A stretch of DNA of 41,337 nt from an uncultured Cellulomonas sp. (GTDB taxonomy: Bacteria; Actinomycetota; Actinomycetes; Actinomycetales; Cellulomonadaceae). Location of the stretch: NCBI GenBank assembly GCA_964491965.1, contig CAZBIO010000028.1, positions 1-41,337 of the forward strand. Direction: 5' to 3'. How positions within the stretch are numbered: position 1 is the stretch's first letter; the number at the start of each line of letters is the position of its first letter. Of the stretch, positions 10,407 to 20,447 are shown piece by piece. The translations under genes were made by a program, and so were the position numbers. The notes under the pieces are model-generated. The model searched no databases. It was not told the DNA's origin and saw only the letters and a program-made list of their open reading frames with translations.

Positions 10407-10886
10407 GTGACCGAGCCGAGCATCGAGGTCCTGCTCCTGCGCCTCGACCCGGAGCTGGCCGTCCCGTCGTACGCGCACCCGGGCGACGCCGGCGCCGACC
10501 TGGTCACCCGGGTCGACGTCACGGTCCCGCCCCAGGGACGCGTCACGGTGCCCACGGGCGTCGCGATCGCCCTTCCCGACGGCTACGCCGCCTTCGTCCA
10601 CCCGCGGTCCGGGCTCGCCGCCCGGCACGGGCTGACGATCGTCAACGCGCCCGGCACCGTCGACGCCGGCTACCGCGGCGAGATCTCGGTGACGCTCCTC
10701 AACACCGACACCGGGCAGCCGGTCGTGCTGCACCGGGGTGACCGGATCGCGCAGCTCGTCGTGCAGCGCGTGGAGCGCGCGCGCTTCGTCGAGGTGGAGC
10801 GCCTGCCCGGCTCGCACCGTGGCGACGGCGGATTCGGGTCGAGCGGCGGCTGGACCACACACGGCTCGCAGACGAGCGAGACTTGA
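10407..10886 (+). CDS. dut: dUTP diphosphatase
   Basis: [40 protein letters not shown]. Confidence 0.97.
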   Translation: MTEPSIEVLLLRLDPELAVPSYAHPGDAGADLVTRVDVTVPPQGRVTVPTGVAIALPDGYAAFVHPRSGLAARHGLTIVNAPGTVDAGYRGEISVTLLNTDTGQPVVLHRGDRIAQLVVQRVERARFVEVERLPGSHRGDGGFGSSGGWTTHGSQTSET

Positions 10887-10929
10887 GACTGTGGGCGCGC
10901 ACCGCGTGCGCCCAGGAGGAGTGAGCACA

Positions 10930-11655
10930 GTGGCCTTGTTCCGGCGCGCCGCGAGGTCGCAGCCCGACGACGCGGCGATCGGCACCCCGCAGGAGGACGT
11001 CCCGCCGGTGGCGGACGACGAGCCCGCGGCACCGGCCCGCTCGTCCGGCCCCTACGACGCGGACGACCCGATCCCCGACGGCCCCCGCGTCGACCTGGGC
11101 GCCGTCCGGGTCCCCGGTGTCGACGGCATGCAGCTGCGCATGGAGGTCGACCAGAAGTCGGGCGTGATCACCGGCGTCTCCGTGTCGCTGGAGGGCTCCG
11201 TCATCCAGCTCCAGGCGTTCGCCGCGCCGCGCACCGAGGGCATCTGGGACGAGATCCGCGAGGAGATCGCCGCCTCGATCACGGCGCAGGGCGGGACGGT
11301 CGACGACCTGCCCGGGCCGTTCGGCCGCGAGCTGCTCGCCCGGATGCCGGTCCGCACGCCCGAGGGCCGCACCGGTCACCGGCCGGCGCGCTTCGTCGGC
11401 GCCGACGGCCCGCGCTGGTTCCTCCGGGGAGTCATCACCGGCAAGGCGGCGGTGGAGCCCGCGGCGGCCGCGGCGCTCGAGGGCGTGTTCGCGCAGACCG
11501 TCGTGGTGCGCGGCGGGGAGGCGCGCCCGCCGCGGGACCTGCTGCCGCTGCGGCTGCCCGGCCAAGCCCACCCGGGCGCCCCCGCGCTCGACGAGCGGTC
11601 CGAGCCGGAGTTTGACCCGAACACCCGCGGCCCCGAGATCACCGAGATCCACTGA
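10930..11655 (+). CDS. DUF3710 family protein
   Basis: AGGAGGA RBS; LQAFAAPRTEGIWDEIR, GPFGREL, RFVGADGPRWFLRGV. Confidence 0.88.
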   Translation: MALFRRAARSQPDDAAIGTPQEDVPPVADDEPAAPARSSGPYDADDPIPDGPRVDLGAVRVPGVDGMQLRMEVDQKSGVITGVSVSLEGSVIQLQAFAAPRTEGIWDEIREEIAASITAQGGTVDDLPGPFGRELLARMPVRTPEGRTGHRPARFVGADGPRWFLRGVITGKAAVEPAAAAALEGVFAQTVVVRGGEARPPRDLLPLRLPGQAHPGAPALDERSEPEFDPNTRGPEITEIH

Positions 11656-12023
11656 TGGGGTTCAAGGACCGGCTGCACCGCGTCCTCGCGTCACGGGCGG
11701 AGATCGAGGCCGACGAGGAGCGCGCCGTCGCGGCGCGCGTGGCGGGCTGCACGCCGGTGGCGCAGGTGCCGGCGCGCTCGCGGGCGACGGTCGTCGGCGT
11801 GCTGCGGTCCGTGACGCTGCGGCCTCGCGAGGGCGTCCCCGCGCTCGAGGCCGAGCTCTACGACGGGAGCGGCGCGCTCGACCTCGTCTGGCTCGGCCGG
11901 CGCGAGATCCACGGCGTCGAGCCGGGGCGCCGACTGCGCGCCGAGGGGTTGGTCTGCCTCGTCGACGGGCGGCGCACCGTGTTCAACCCCCGCTACGAGC
12001 TCACGCCGCGTCCCGGTGAGTGA
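11655..12023 (+). CDS. OB-fold nucleic acid-binding protein
   Basis: LEAELYDGSGALDLVWLGRREIHGVEPG...FNPRYEL; conserved position between DUF3710 and DUF3159. Confidence 0.85.
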   Translation: MGFKDRLHRVLASRAEIEADEERAVAARVAGCTPVAQVPARSRATVVGVLRSVTLRPREGVPALEAELYDGSGALDLVWLGRREIHGVEPGRRLRAEGLVCLVDGRRTVFNPRYELTPRPGE

Positions 12024-12026
12024 CCG

Positions 12027-12752
12027 GTGAGTGACACGGCGCAGGGCGCCGGCGTGCCCGACGAGCCCACGGGCGGGCGCGGCCTGCGCGCGCTGACCGG
12101 CGAGGGGTTCTCGGCCGGCGACGCGCTGGGCGGCGTCCGCGGCGTCGTCGAGTCGGTGGCGCCGGGTCTGCTGTTCGTCGTCGTGTACCTGGTGGCGGGC
12201 CAGCGGATGATGCCCGCGCTGGTCTCCTCGCTCGGCGCCGCGGTGCTGGCGGTCGTCGTGCGGCTGGTGCAGCGCACGCCGGTGACGCAGGCGTTCTCGG
12301 GTCTCCTCGGCGTGGTGGTCGGCGTCGTGTGGGCCCTGATGTCCGGCCGCGCCGAGAACTACTTCCTCTACGGCCTGTGGGTGAACGTCGCGTACGCGGT
12401 CGGCACGCTCGCGACGGTCCTGGCCGGGTTCCCGCTCGTCGGGCTCGTCGTCGGGCTGTTCGACAAGCAGGGGCCGCTGAGCGGCGGGCCTTGGTCCCAG
12501 GTGGTCTCGTGGCGCACGGATCGCCGGCTGCGGAGGCGGTACGCGCTGGCGACCTGGCCGTGGGTGGCGATGTTCGTGCTGCGCCTCGTCGTGCAGGTGC
12601 CGCTCTACCGCAACGCCGAGGTGGCGTGGCTCGGGACGGCCAAGCTGGCGATGGGCCTGCCGCTGACCGCGCTCGTGCTGTGGATCAGCTGGCGGCTGGT
12701 CCGTCCGTCAGCAGCTGCTGGAGCTCCGGCTCGTTCGCATCCCGCCCCGTGA
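12027..12752 (+). CDS. DUF3159 family membrane protein
   Basis: LGGVRGVVESVAPG, multiple TM segments, LRLVVQVPLY, LGTAKLAMGLPL; 3' end overlaps the convergent trkA by 68 bp. Confidence 0.87.
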   Translation: MSDTAQGAGVPDEPTGGRGLRALTGEGFSAGDALGGVRGVVESVAPGLLFVVVYLVAGQRMMPALVSSLGAAVLAVVVRLVQRTPVTQAFSGLLGVVVGVVWALMSGRAENYFLYGLWVNVAYAVGTLATVLAGFPLVGLVVGLFDKQGPLSGGPWSQVVSWRTDRRLRRRYALATWPWVAMFVLRLVVQVPLYRNAEVAWLGTAKLAMGLPLTALVLWISWRLVRPSAAAGAPARSHPAP

Positions 12753-13359
12753 CGAACAGCAGCTCGTCGCCGGCCTCGAGCGTGTCGTCGGGGCTGGGGG
12801 CGATCGGGCGCTTGTCGCGCACGATGCAGGCCAGCACCGTGTCCCGGGGCCAGACGATCTGACCGACGAGCACCCCCACCAGCGGTGACGCCGAGGGGAG
12901 CGTCATCTCGAGGATGTCCGCGCGCGACTGGTGGAACGTGAAGATCCGCACCAGGTCGCCGACGGCGACGGCCTCCTCGACCATCGCCGTCATGATGCGC
13001 GGCGTCGACACGGCGACGTCCACGCCCCATGCCTCGCCGAACATCCACTCGTTCTTCGGGTTGTTGATGCGCGCGACGGTGCGCGGCACGCCGAACTCGG
13101 TCTTCGCCAGGAGGGACACGACGAGGTTCGCCTTGTCGTCGCCGGTGGCGGCGACCATGACGTCGCACTCGTCCGCCTTGACGTCGCGCAGCGTGGGCAG
13201 CTCGCACGCGTCGGCGAGCAGCCACTCGGCCTCCGGCACCTGCGCCACGCGCATCGCGGTGGGCTGGCGGTCGATCAGCGTCACCTCGTGCTCGTGGGCG
13301 AGCAGCTCGCGCGCGATGGAGCGGCCGACGGAGCCCGCCCCCGCGATGATCACCCTCAC
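12685..13359 (-). CDS. trkA: TrkA family K+ uptake regulatory (RCK) subunit, CeoC-like
   Basis: VIIAGAGSVG, AATGDDKANLV, ARINNPKNEWMF, TrkA-C domain; GTGA overlap with upstream gene. Confidence 0.9.
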   Translation of the reverse strand: MRVIIAGAGSVGRSIARELLAHEHEVTLIDRQPTAMRVAQVPEAEWLLADACELPTLRDVKADECDVMVAATGDDKANLVVSLLAKTEFGVPRTVARINNPKNEWMFGEAWGVDVAVSTPRIMTAMVEEAVAVGDLVRIFTFHQSRADILEMTLPSASPLVGVLVGQIVWPRDTVLACIVRDKRPIAPSPDDTLEAGDELLFVTGRDANEPELQQLLTDGPAAS

Positions 13360-14021
13360 TGGGCCACCTCCGGGCGCGCGGTGAGCACGCGTTCGACCTC
13401 GGGCAGGTCGACCGCCCGAACCAGCACGTAGACCAGGTCGTTCTCCTGCAGCACGGTGTCGGCGTCCGGGAGGATCCCGTCGCCGTACCGGGTCAGGTAC
13501 GCCACCCGGGCACCGGAGGCGTGCTCGAGCTGGCGCAGCGGATGGCCCACCCAGTCCTGGTGCACGTCCACCTGCGCGATGGTGATCTGGCCGGAGGCGT
13601 CGCGGAACTCGTCGGTGGCCCCCATGGGCAGCAGCCGGCGCAGCACCTGATCGGTGGTCCACCGTACGGTGGCGACCGTGGGGATGCCCAGGCGCTGGTA
13701 GATCTCGGCGCGGTGGGGGTCGTAGATCCGGGCGACGACGTTCTGGACGCCGTAGGTCTCGCGCACCACGCGGGCGGCGACGATGTTCGAGTTGTCGCCG
13801 TCGGCCACCGCCGCGAACGCGTACGCGTCCTCGATCCCGGCCTGCTGGAGCGTGTCCCGGTCGAAACCGAGGCCGGTGACCTTCTTGCCCTCGAACGACG
13901 CGTCGAGGCGGCGGAAGGCGTCCGCGTTCTGGTCGATGACCGCTACCGAGTGGCCGTTGCCCTCGAGCGTCATGGCCAGCGTCGCCCCGACGCGGCCGCA
14001 GCCCATGATGACGAAGTGCAC
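13356..14021 (-). CDS. trkA: TrkA family K+ uptake regulatory (RCK) subunit, CeoB-like
   Basis: MHFVIMGCGRVG, GDNSNIVAARV, ARIYDPHRAEIYQRLGIPTV. Confidence 0.9.
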   Translation of the reverse strand: MHFVIMGCGRVGATLAMTLEGNGHSVAVIDQNADAFRRLDASFEGKKVTGLGFDRDTLQQAGIEDAYAFAAVADGDNSNIVAARVVRETYGVQNVVARIYDPHRAEIYQRLGIPTVATVRWTTDQVLRRLLPMGATDEFRDASGQITIAQVDVHQDWVGHPLRQLEHASGARVAYLTRYGDGILPDADTVLQENDLVYVLVRAVDLPEVERVLTARPEVAQ

Positions 14022-14110
14022 GGTGCGTCACGCTATACCGTGCGTCCGGCCCACGCCGTCCACTCCCGGCGGTGCGCCCGCCCGGCCGCGACCGCCTACG
14101 ATCGGGCCTC

Positions 14111-16114
14111 GTGTCCGACGTCGCCAACGCCGCCAAGCGCCTGCTGCTCGGCCGGCCGATGCGCAGCGAGCGGCTGGGTCACACGCTCCTGCCCAAGCGC
14201 ATCGCGCTGCCGGTCTTCGCCTCCGACGCACTCTCCTCGGTGGCGTACGCCCCGGACGAGGTGCTGCTGACGCTGTCGATCGCCGGCGTCGCGGCGGTGG
14301 CGATCTCGCCGTGGGTGGGGCTCGCGGTCGTCGTCGTCCTCGTCACCGTGGTGGCGTCCTACCGGCAGAACGTGCACGCCTACCCCTCGGGCGGCGGTGA
14401 CTACGAGGTGGCGACCGTCAACCTCGGTCCGACCGCCGGCGTCACGGTCGCCAGTGCCCTGCTGGTCGACTACGTGCTGACGGTCGCGGTGTCCATCTCG
14501 TCGGGCGCGCAGTATGCGGCGACGGCCATCCCCGCACTGCGCGGGCACGAGGCGGAGTTCGCCATCGGGCTCGTGGTGGTCCTGACGCTGATGAACCTGC
14601 GGGGCGTGCGCGAGTCCGGGACGGCGTTTGCCATCCCCACCTATCTGTTCATGGTGGCGATCGGCGCCCTGGCGTTCGTCGGGGCCGTCAGGTACTTCAC
14701 GGGCAGCCTGCCGCAGGCGGAGAGCGCCGGGTTCGACGTGCTGCCGGAGGCCGGCTTCGAGACGGGCGTGACCGGCCTGGGCGGCGCCTTCCTGGTGCTG
14801 CGGGCCTTCGCGTCCGGATCCGCCGCGCTGACCGGAGTCGAGGCGATCAGCAACGGCGTGCCGTCGTTCCGCAAGCCGAAGTCACGCAACGCGGCGATCA
14901 CGCTCGCGCTCCTGGGCACCGTCTCGGTGACCATGATCATGTCGATCCTCCTGCTCGCGCGCGTGACCGGCGTCCGGTACGTCGACGACCCCGGCACCCA
15001 GCTGCTCGTCGACGGCGCCCCCGTCGGCGAGGCCTACGAGCAGCACCCGGTCATCAGCCAGCTGGCCGCCTCGGTGTTCGGCGGCCAGGGCGTCCTGTTC
15101 ACGCTCATCGCGGTGGTGACCGGCGTCATCTTGGTTCTCGCGGCCAACACGGCGTTCAACGGGTTCCCCGTGCTCGGGTCGATCCTCGCCCGCGACGGCT
15201 ACCTGCCGCGCCAGTTGCACACGCGCGGCGACCGGCTCGCCTACTCGAACGGCATCGTCACGCTGGCGGCCGGCGCGATCGTGCTGATCTGGGCGTTCAA
15301 CGCCGAGGTCACGCACCTGATCCAGCTGTACATCGTCGGCGTGTTCGTGTCCTTCACGCTGAGCCAGCTCGGGATGACACGGCACTGGACGCGCGAGCTG
15401 GCCACCGAGCCGAACGCGGCACGCCGGGCCCAGATGAAGCGGTCGCGCGCCATCAACGCGTTCGGCTTCTTCCTGACGGCGGTGGTGCTCGTCGTCGTCC
15501 TCGCCACCAAGTTCGTCCGCGGCGCCTGGATCGCCATCCTCGCGATGGCGGTGGTGTTCGTGCTGATGAAGGCGATCCACCGGCACTACACCAACGTGCG
15601 CCGGGAGCTGGCCCTCGGGCCGGACGCCGCCGAGGCGCGCGCGCTGCCCAGCCGGGTGCACGCGATCGTCCTCGTCTCGCACGTGCACCGGCCGACGATG
15701 CGCGCCCTGGCCTACGCCCGCGCGTTCCGGCCGGAGCAGCTCGAGGCGGTGACCGTGGGCGTGGACGCCGAGGACGTCACCGAGCTGCGCCGGCAGTGGG
15801 ACGCGCTCGACCTGCCGGTGCCGCTCCGGGTGCTCGACTCGCCGTTCCGGGAGATCACCCGGCCGGTCATCTCCTACGTGCGCTCCATCCATCGCGACAG
15901 CCCGCGGGACCTCGTGGTGGTCTACATCCCCGAGTACGTCGTCGGGCACTGGTGGGAGCAGCTGCTGCACAACCAGAGCGCGCTGCGCCTCAAGGCACGC
16001 CTGCTGTTCACGCCGGGCGTGGTGGTCGCGTCGGTGCCGTGGCAGCTCGCGTCCTCCGCCGGCCAGACCGGCCTGGAGGAGTACGCGCCGGGGACGATCC
16101 CGCGTGCCTACTGA
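14111..16114 (+). CDS. APC-superfamily permease, KimA-like putative K+ transporter
   Basis: FASDALSSVAY, YPSGGGDY, LVDYVLTVAVS, ALTGVEAISNGVP, C-terminal LLHNQSALRLK; divergent from the trkA pair. Confidence 0.88.
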   Translation: MSDVANAAKRLLLGRPMRSERLGHTLLPKRIALPVFASDALSSVAYAPDEVLLTLSIAGVAAVAISPWVGLAVVVVLVTVVASYRQNVHAYPSGGGDYEVATVNLGPTAGVTVASALLVDYVLTVAVSISSGAQYAATAIPALRGHEAEFAIGLVVVLTLMNLRGVRESGTAFAIPTYLFMVAIGALAFVGAVRYFTGSLPQAESAGFDVLPEAGFETGVTGLGGAFLVLRAFASGSAALTGVEAISNGVPSFRKPKSRNAAITLALLGTVSVTMIMSILLLARVTGVRYVDDPGTQLLVDGAPVGEAYEQHPVISQLAASVFGGQGVLFTLIAVVTGVILVLAANTAFNGFPVLGSILARDGYLPRQLHTRGDRLAYSNGIVTLAAGAIVLIWAFNAEVTHLIQLYIVGVFVSFTLSQLGMTRHWTRELATEPNAARRAQMKRSRAINAFGFFLTAVVLVVVLATKFVRGAWIAILAMAVVFVLMKAIHRHYTNVRRELALGPDAAEARALPSRVHAIVLVSHVHRPTMRALAYARAFRPEQLEAVTVGVDAEDVTELRRQWDALDLPVPLRVLDSPFREITRPVISYVRSIHRDSPRDLVVVYIPEYVVGHWWEQLLHNQSALRLKARLLFTPGVVVASVPWQLASSAGQTGLEEYAPGTIPRAY

Positions 16115-17333
16115 CGACCTCGTCGACCTCGTCGTCGGGCCGGTCGCCCATGGCGGGCACTGCGTGGCGCGGCTCGACGGCCGGGTGGTGTTCGTCCGGC
16201 ACACCCTGCCCGGCGAGCGGGTGCGCGCGCGGCTGACCGACGCGGGGGAGGGCCGGTCGTTCTGGCGTGCCGACGCCGTCGAGGTGGTCGAGGCGTCGCC
16301 GGACCGCGTGCCCTCGCCGTGGCCCGCCGCCGGCCCGGGAGGAGTCGGCGGCGGCGAGCTCTCGCACGTCGCGCTGCCGGCGCAGCGGGCGTGGAAGCGC
16401 GCGGTCCTCGAGGAGCAGCTGCGCCGCCTGGCGCACGACGATCGCCCGGTGGAGGTCGTCGGTGCGCCGGGGGACGACGAGCGCGGCGGCCTGGCGTGGC
16501 GCACCCGGATCGAGCTCGTGGCCGACGAGGCCGGGCGGGCCGGGATGTACCGGCACCGCAGCCACGACGTGGTGCCGCTCGTCGACATGCCCCTGGCCTC
16601 CGAGGCGGTGGCCGCGCTGCGGCTGTTCGACCGGCGCTGGCCCGCGGGCGGCCGCATCGAGGCCGTGGTGCCCGCCGGCGCCGCCGGCGGAGTGGTGCTC
16701 GTCGGGGGCCGGCCGTTTGACCTGTCCCGCGGCCGCCCGGACCCGCGGGAGAACGCGCGCTCCACCGTCCGCGAGGAGGTGACCACGCCGGCGGGCCACT
16801 GGACGTACCGCGTGTCGGCGGCCGGGTTCTGGCAGGTGCACCGCGAGGCGCCCGCCGTCCTGGTCGACGCCGTGCTCGGTGCCGCCGGCGACCTGGACGG
16901 CGCGCGCGTGCTCGACCTGTACTCCGGTGCGGGCCTGTTCACGCTGCCCCTCGCCGACGCGGTCGGCGAGGGCGGCTCCGTGCTGGCGGTCGAGGGTGAT
17001 GACAGGGCGGTCCGCGACGCGCGGCGCCTGGTGCACGACCGGCCCCAGGTGACGCTCCACGCGGGCGACGTGGGACGCGTGCTCGCGGCGGGCGCGGGCC
17101 CGGCGGACGTCGTCGTGCTCGACCCACCGCGGACGGGCGCGGGCCGGCGCGTGGTCGCGGAGGTGGCGCAGCGCGGCCCGGAGCGGGTGGTGTACGTGGC
17201 GTGCGACCCGGCCGCGCTCGCGCGGGACGTCGCGTTCTTCGCCGACGCGGGCTACCGGCTCGATGCGGTGCGCGGGCACGACCTGTTCCCGATGACGCAC
17301 CACGTCGAGGCGGTCGCGCTGTTGACGCGCTGA
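16104..17333 (+). CDS. TRAM-domain class I SAM-dependent RNA (m5U) methyltransferase, RlmD/TrmA family
   Basis: TRAM (VAHGGHCVAR...FVRHTLPGE), FWQV, DLYSGAG, LDPPRTG, YVACDP, DLFPMTHHVE. Confidence 0.9.
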   Translation: MPTDDLVDLVVGPVAHGGHCVARLDGRVVFVRHTLPGERVRARLTDAGEGRSFWRADAVEVVEASPDRVPSPWPAAGPGGVGGGELSHVALPAQRAWKRAVLEEQLRRLAHDDRPVEVVGAPGDDERGGLAWRTRIELVADEAGRAGMYRHRSHDVVPLVDMPLASEAVAALRLFDRRWPAGGRIEAVVPAGAAGGVVLVGGRPFDLSRGRPDPRENARSTVREEVTTPAGHWTYRVSAAGFWQVHREAPAVLVDAVLGAAGDLDGARVLDLYSGAGLFTLPLADAVGEGGSVLAVEGDDRAVRDARRLVHDRPQVTLHAGDVGRVLAAGAGPADVVVLDPPRTGAGRRVVAEVAQRGPERVVYVACDPAALARDVAFFADAGYRLDAVRGHDLFPMTHHVEAVALLTR

Positions 17334-17398
17334 GCGGCCGGTTCGCGCCTACCGTGGGACCTGCGGCGGGTTGGCGCCGCCGCAGAGAGGAGCAGGAG

Positions 17399-17566
17399 AT
17401 GAGCGCGACGCACGACGAGCTCGTCGAACGGCTGGTGCGGGCGAAGAAGACCGTCACCGAGGAGCTGGCGAAGCAGGGCACACCCGACTACGACCACCGC
17501 AGCTACGAGCGCGCGGTCGAGGCCGAACGCAAGGCGACCGAGGCGCTGGAGGCCGAGAACGCCTGA
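17399..17566 (+). CDS. Small hypothetical charged helical protein (55 aa)
   Basis: GAGGAGCAGGAG RBS, TACCGT -10 at 17350-17355, GC3-rich codons; MSATHDELVERLVRAKKTVTEELAKQG... Confidence 0.7.
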   Translation: MSATHDELVERLVRAKKTVTEELAKQGTPDYDHRSYERAVEAERKATEALEAENA

Positions 17567-17600
17567 CGGTCACGGGACCGGCGCCAGGGCGTCGCTCTGA

Positions 17601-17618
17601 TATCTTGACATCGAGATA
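17601..17618. promoter_or_regulatory. 18-bp palindromic operator upstream of aconitase, TamR (MarR)-like site
   Basis: TATCTTGACATCGAGATA, near-perfect palindrome 22 bp before the acnA start; resembles the site described for Streptomyces coelicolor TamR (from memory). Confidence 0.7.
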
Positions 17619-17640
17619 ACGCCCCGACTAAGGAGCCGCA

Positions 17641-20388
17641 GTGAGCAGCGTGGATTCGTTCGGTTCGAAGGGAACGCTCCAGGTCGGCGGCAACGCCTAC
17701 CAGGTGTTCCGCCTCGCCGCGGTGCCCGGTCTGGAGCGACTGCCGTACAGCCTCAAGGTCCTCGCGGAGAACCTGCTGCGCACCGAGGACGGCGCGAACA
17801 TCACGGCCGACCACGTGCGCGCGCTGGCGGAGTGGGACCCCCGCAAGGAGCCCGACACCGAGATCCAGTTCACGCCGGGCCGCGTGATCATGCAGGACTT
17901 CACCGGTGTGCCGTGCGTGGTCGACCTGGCGGTGATGCGCGAGGCCGTCGCGGGCCTCGGCGGCGACCCCGCGCGGATCAACCCGCTCGCCCCGGCCGAG
18001 CTGGTGATCGACCACTCGGTGCAGATCGACGTTGCGGGCCGCCCGGACGCGTTCGAGCGCAACGTCGACTTCGAGTACCAGCGCAACCGGGAGCGGTACC
18101 AGTTCCTGCGGTGGGGTCAGACGGCGTTCGACGACATCAAGGTGGTGCCGCCGGGCACGGGGATCGTGCACCCGGTGAACATCGAGTACCTGGCGCGCGT
18201 GGTGATGACGCGCGAGGTGGACGGGGTCGTCCAGGCGTACCCGGACACGTGCGTCGGCACCGACTCGCACACGACGATGGTCAACGGCCTCGGCGTGCTG
18301 GGCTGGGGCGTCGGCGGAATCGAGGCCGAGGCGGCGATGCTGGGCCAGCCGGTCTCGATGCTCATCCCCAAGGTCGTCGGCTTCCGGCTGTCCGGCGAGA
18401 TCCCCGCGGGCGTCACCGCGACGGACGTGGTGCTGACCATCACGCAGATGCTGCGGTCCCACGGCGTCGTCGGGAAGTTCGTCGAGTTCTACGGCGACGG
18501 CGTGGCGGCGGTGCCGCTGGCCAACCGGGCGACGATCGGCAACATGAGCCCCGAGTTCGGCTCCACCGCCGCGATCTTCCCGGTCGACGACGTGACGCTG
18601 GACTACCTGCGGCTCACCGGCCGCAGCGAGGAGCAGGTCGCGCTCGTCGAGACGTACGCCAAGGAGCAGGGCCTCTGGCACGACCCCTCGCGCGCCCCGA
18701 TGTACTCCGAGTACCTCGAGCTGGACCTGTCGAGCGTCGTCCCCTCGATCGCCGGGCCCAAGCGGCCGCAGGACCGCATCGAGCTGACGCGCGCCAAGCA
18801 GCAGTTCCAGCGTGACCTCGCGACCTACGCGCCGGAGGTGGGCAACGGGGTGGACGAGGCGTCGCAGGAGTCGTTCCCCGCGTCCGACGCGCCGGCGATG
18901 GGCAGCCACATCCTCCCGACGTACCCGGTCACCGACTCGCGCGGCACGGAGTTCTCGCTGTTCCACGGGGCGGTGGCGATCGCCTCGATCACGTCGTGCA
19001 CCAACACGTCCAACCCGTCGGTGATGCTCGCCGCCGGGCTGCTGGCCAAGAAGGCCGTCGAGAAGGGGCTGGAGGCCAAGCCCTGGGTCAAGACCTCGAT
19101 GGCCCCCGGGTCGCAGGTGGTGACCAACTACTACGAGAAGGCCGGCCTGTGGCCCTACCTCGAGAAGCTGGGGTTCCACCTGGTCGGGTACGGCTGTGGC
19201 ACGTGCATCGGCAACTCCGGCCCGCTCGACGAGAAGGTCTCCGAGGTGGTGACCACCAACGACCTCGCGGTCGCGTCGGTGCTGTCCGGCAACCGGAACT
19301 TCGAGGGCCGCATCAACCCCGACGTCAAGATGAACGACCTGGCCAGCCCGCCGCTGGTGATCGCGTACGCGCTGGCCGGGACCATGGACTTCGACTTCGA
19401 GACCGAGCCGCTCGGCTACGGCGAGGGCGGGTGGCCGGTGTTCCTGCGGGACATCTGGCCCAGCCCGGAGGAGGTCCAGGAGACGATCGACGCCTCGATC
19501 GACCGGCACATGTTCACCGAGGACTACGCGGACGTCTTCGCCGGCGACGACCGCTGGCGCTCGCTGCCGACGCCCGAGGGTGACACGTTCGCGTGGGACG
19601 CCGAGTCCACCTACGTGCGCAAGCCCCCGTACTTCGAGGGGATGGGCGCGCGGCCCGAGCCGGTGACGGACATCGACGGCGCGCGCGTGCTCGCCAAGCT
19701 CGGCGACTCGGTCACCACGGACCACATCAGCCCGGCGGGCTCCATCAAGCCGGGCACCCCCGCCGCCCTGTACCTCGACGAGCACGGGGTGGACCGCAAG
19801 GACTACAACTCCTACGGCTCCCGCCGTGGCAACCACGAGGTGATGATCCGCGGCACGTTCGCCAACATCCGGCTGCGCAACCAGCTGGTGCCGGGCGTCG
19901 AGGGCGGGTTCACGGTCAACTTCCTCACGGGGGAGCAGGCGACGATCTACGACGCCTCCGTCGCGTACCAGGCCGCCGGCGTGCCGCTCGTCGTGCTCGG
20001 TGGCAAGGAGTACGGGTCGGGCTCGTCGCGCGACTGGGCCGCCAAGGGGACCAGCCTGCTGGGCGTCAAGGCGGTCATCGCCGAGTCGTTCGAGCGCATC
20101 CACCGGTCCAACCTCATCGGGATGGGCGTGCTGCCGCTGCAGTTCCCCGCCGGCGAGACGGCCGACTCCCTGGGGCTGGACGGCACGGAGACGTTCGCGA
20201 TCACGGGGATCGCCGCGCTCAACGAGAGCGAGACGCCGCGGACCGTCCCGGTCACCGCGACGAAGCCCGACGGCTCGGTGGTGACGTTCGACGCGGTGGT
20301 GCGGATCGACACCCCCGGCGAGGCGGACTACTACCGCAACGGCGGGATCCTCCAGTACGTGCTGCGGCAGGTGGCCGGGGTCGCCTGA
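17641..20388 (+). CDS. acnA: Aconitate hydratase A
   Basis: [72 protein letters not shown]; AAGGAG RBS. Confidence 0.97.
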   Translation: MSSVDSFGSKGTLQVGGNAYQVFRLAAVPGLERLPYSLKVLAENLLRTEDGANITADHVRALAEWDPRKEPDTEIQFTPGRVIMQDFTGVPCVVDLAVMREAVAGLGGDPARINPLAPAELVIDHSVQIDVAGRPDAFERNVDFEYQRNRERYQFLRWGQTAFDDIKVVPPGTGIVHPVNIEYLARVVMTREVDGVVQAYPDTCVGTDSHTTMVNGLGVLGWGVGGIEAEAAMLGQPVSMLIPKVVGFRLSGEIPAGVTATDVVLTITQMLRSHGVVGKFVEFYGDGVAAVPLANRATIGNMSPEFGSTAAIFPVDDVTLDYLRLTGRSEEQVALVETYAKEQGLWHDPSRAPMYSEYLELDLSSVVPSIAGPKRPQDRIELTRAKQQFQRDLATYAPEVGNGVDEASQESFPASDAPAMGSHILPTYPVTDSRGTEFSLFHGAVAIASITSCTNTSNPSVMLAAGLLAKKAVEKGLEAKPWVKTSMAPGSQVVTNYYEKAGLWPYLEKLGFHLVGYGCGTCIGNSGPLDEKVSEVVTTNDLAVASVLSGNRNFEGRINPDVKMNDLASPPLVIAYALAGTMDFDFETEPLGYGEGGWPVFLRDIWPSPEEVQETIDASIDRHMFTEDYADVFAGDDRWRSLPTPEGDTFAWDAESTYVRKPPYFEGMGARPEPVTDIDGARVLAKLGDSVTTDHISPAGSIKPGTPAALYLDEHGVDRKDYNSYGSRRGNHEVMIRGTFANIRLRNQLVPGVEGGFTVNFLTGEQATIYDASVAYQAAGVPLVVLGGKEYGSGSSRDWAAKGTSLLGVKAVIAESFERIHRSNLIGMGVLPLQFPAGETADSLGLDGTETFAITGIAALNESETPRTVPVTATKPDGSVVTFDAVVRIDTPGEADYYRNGGILQYVLRQVAGVA

Positions 20389-20447
20389 CGCCCGAATCGT
20401 GACCTGCACGGGCGCAATCCGGCGCGCGCCTGCGACATGATCCCGGC

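Noticed and set aside
12685-16114. Two trkA genes without trkH as a novel K+ system
   Set aside because: A trkA pair divergent from an APC/KimA-like permease is a conserved, known actinobacterial arrangement (ceoB/ceoC region).
17503-20409. Long antisense ORFs (also 206-2062, 14882-16942, 34101-36053, 35534-39064, 39293-41323)
   Set aside because: Mirror frames of real genes, expected in high-GC DNA where stop codons are rare; no recognisable motifs.
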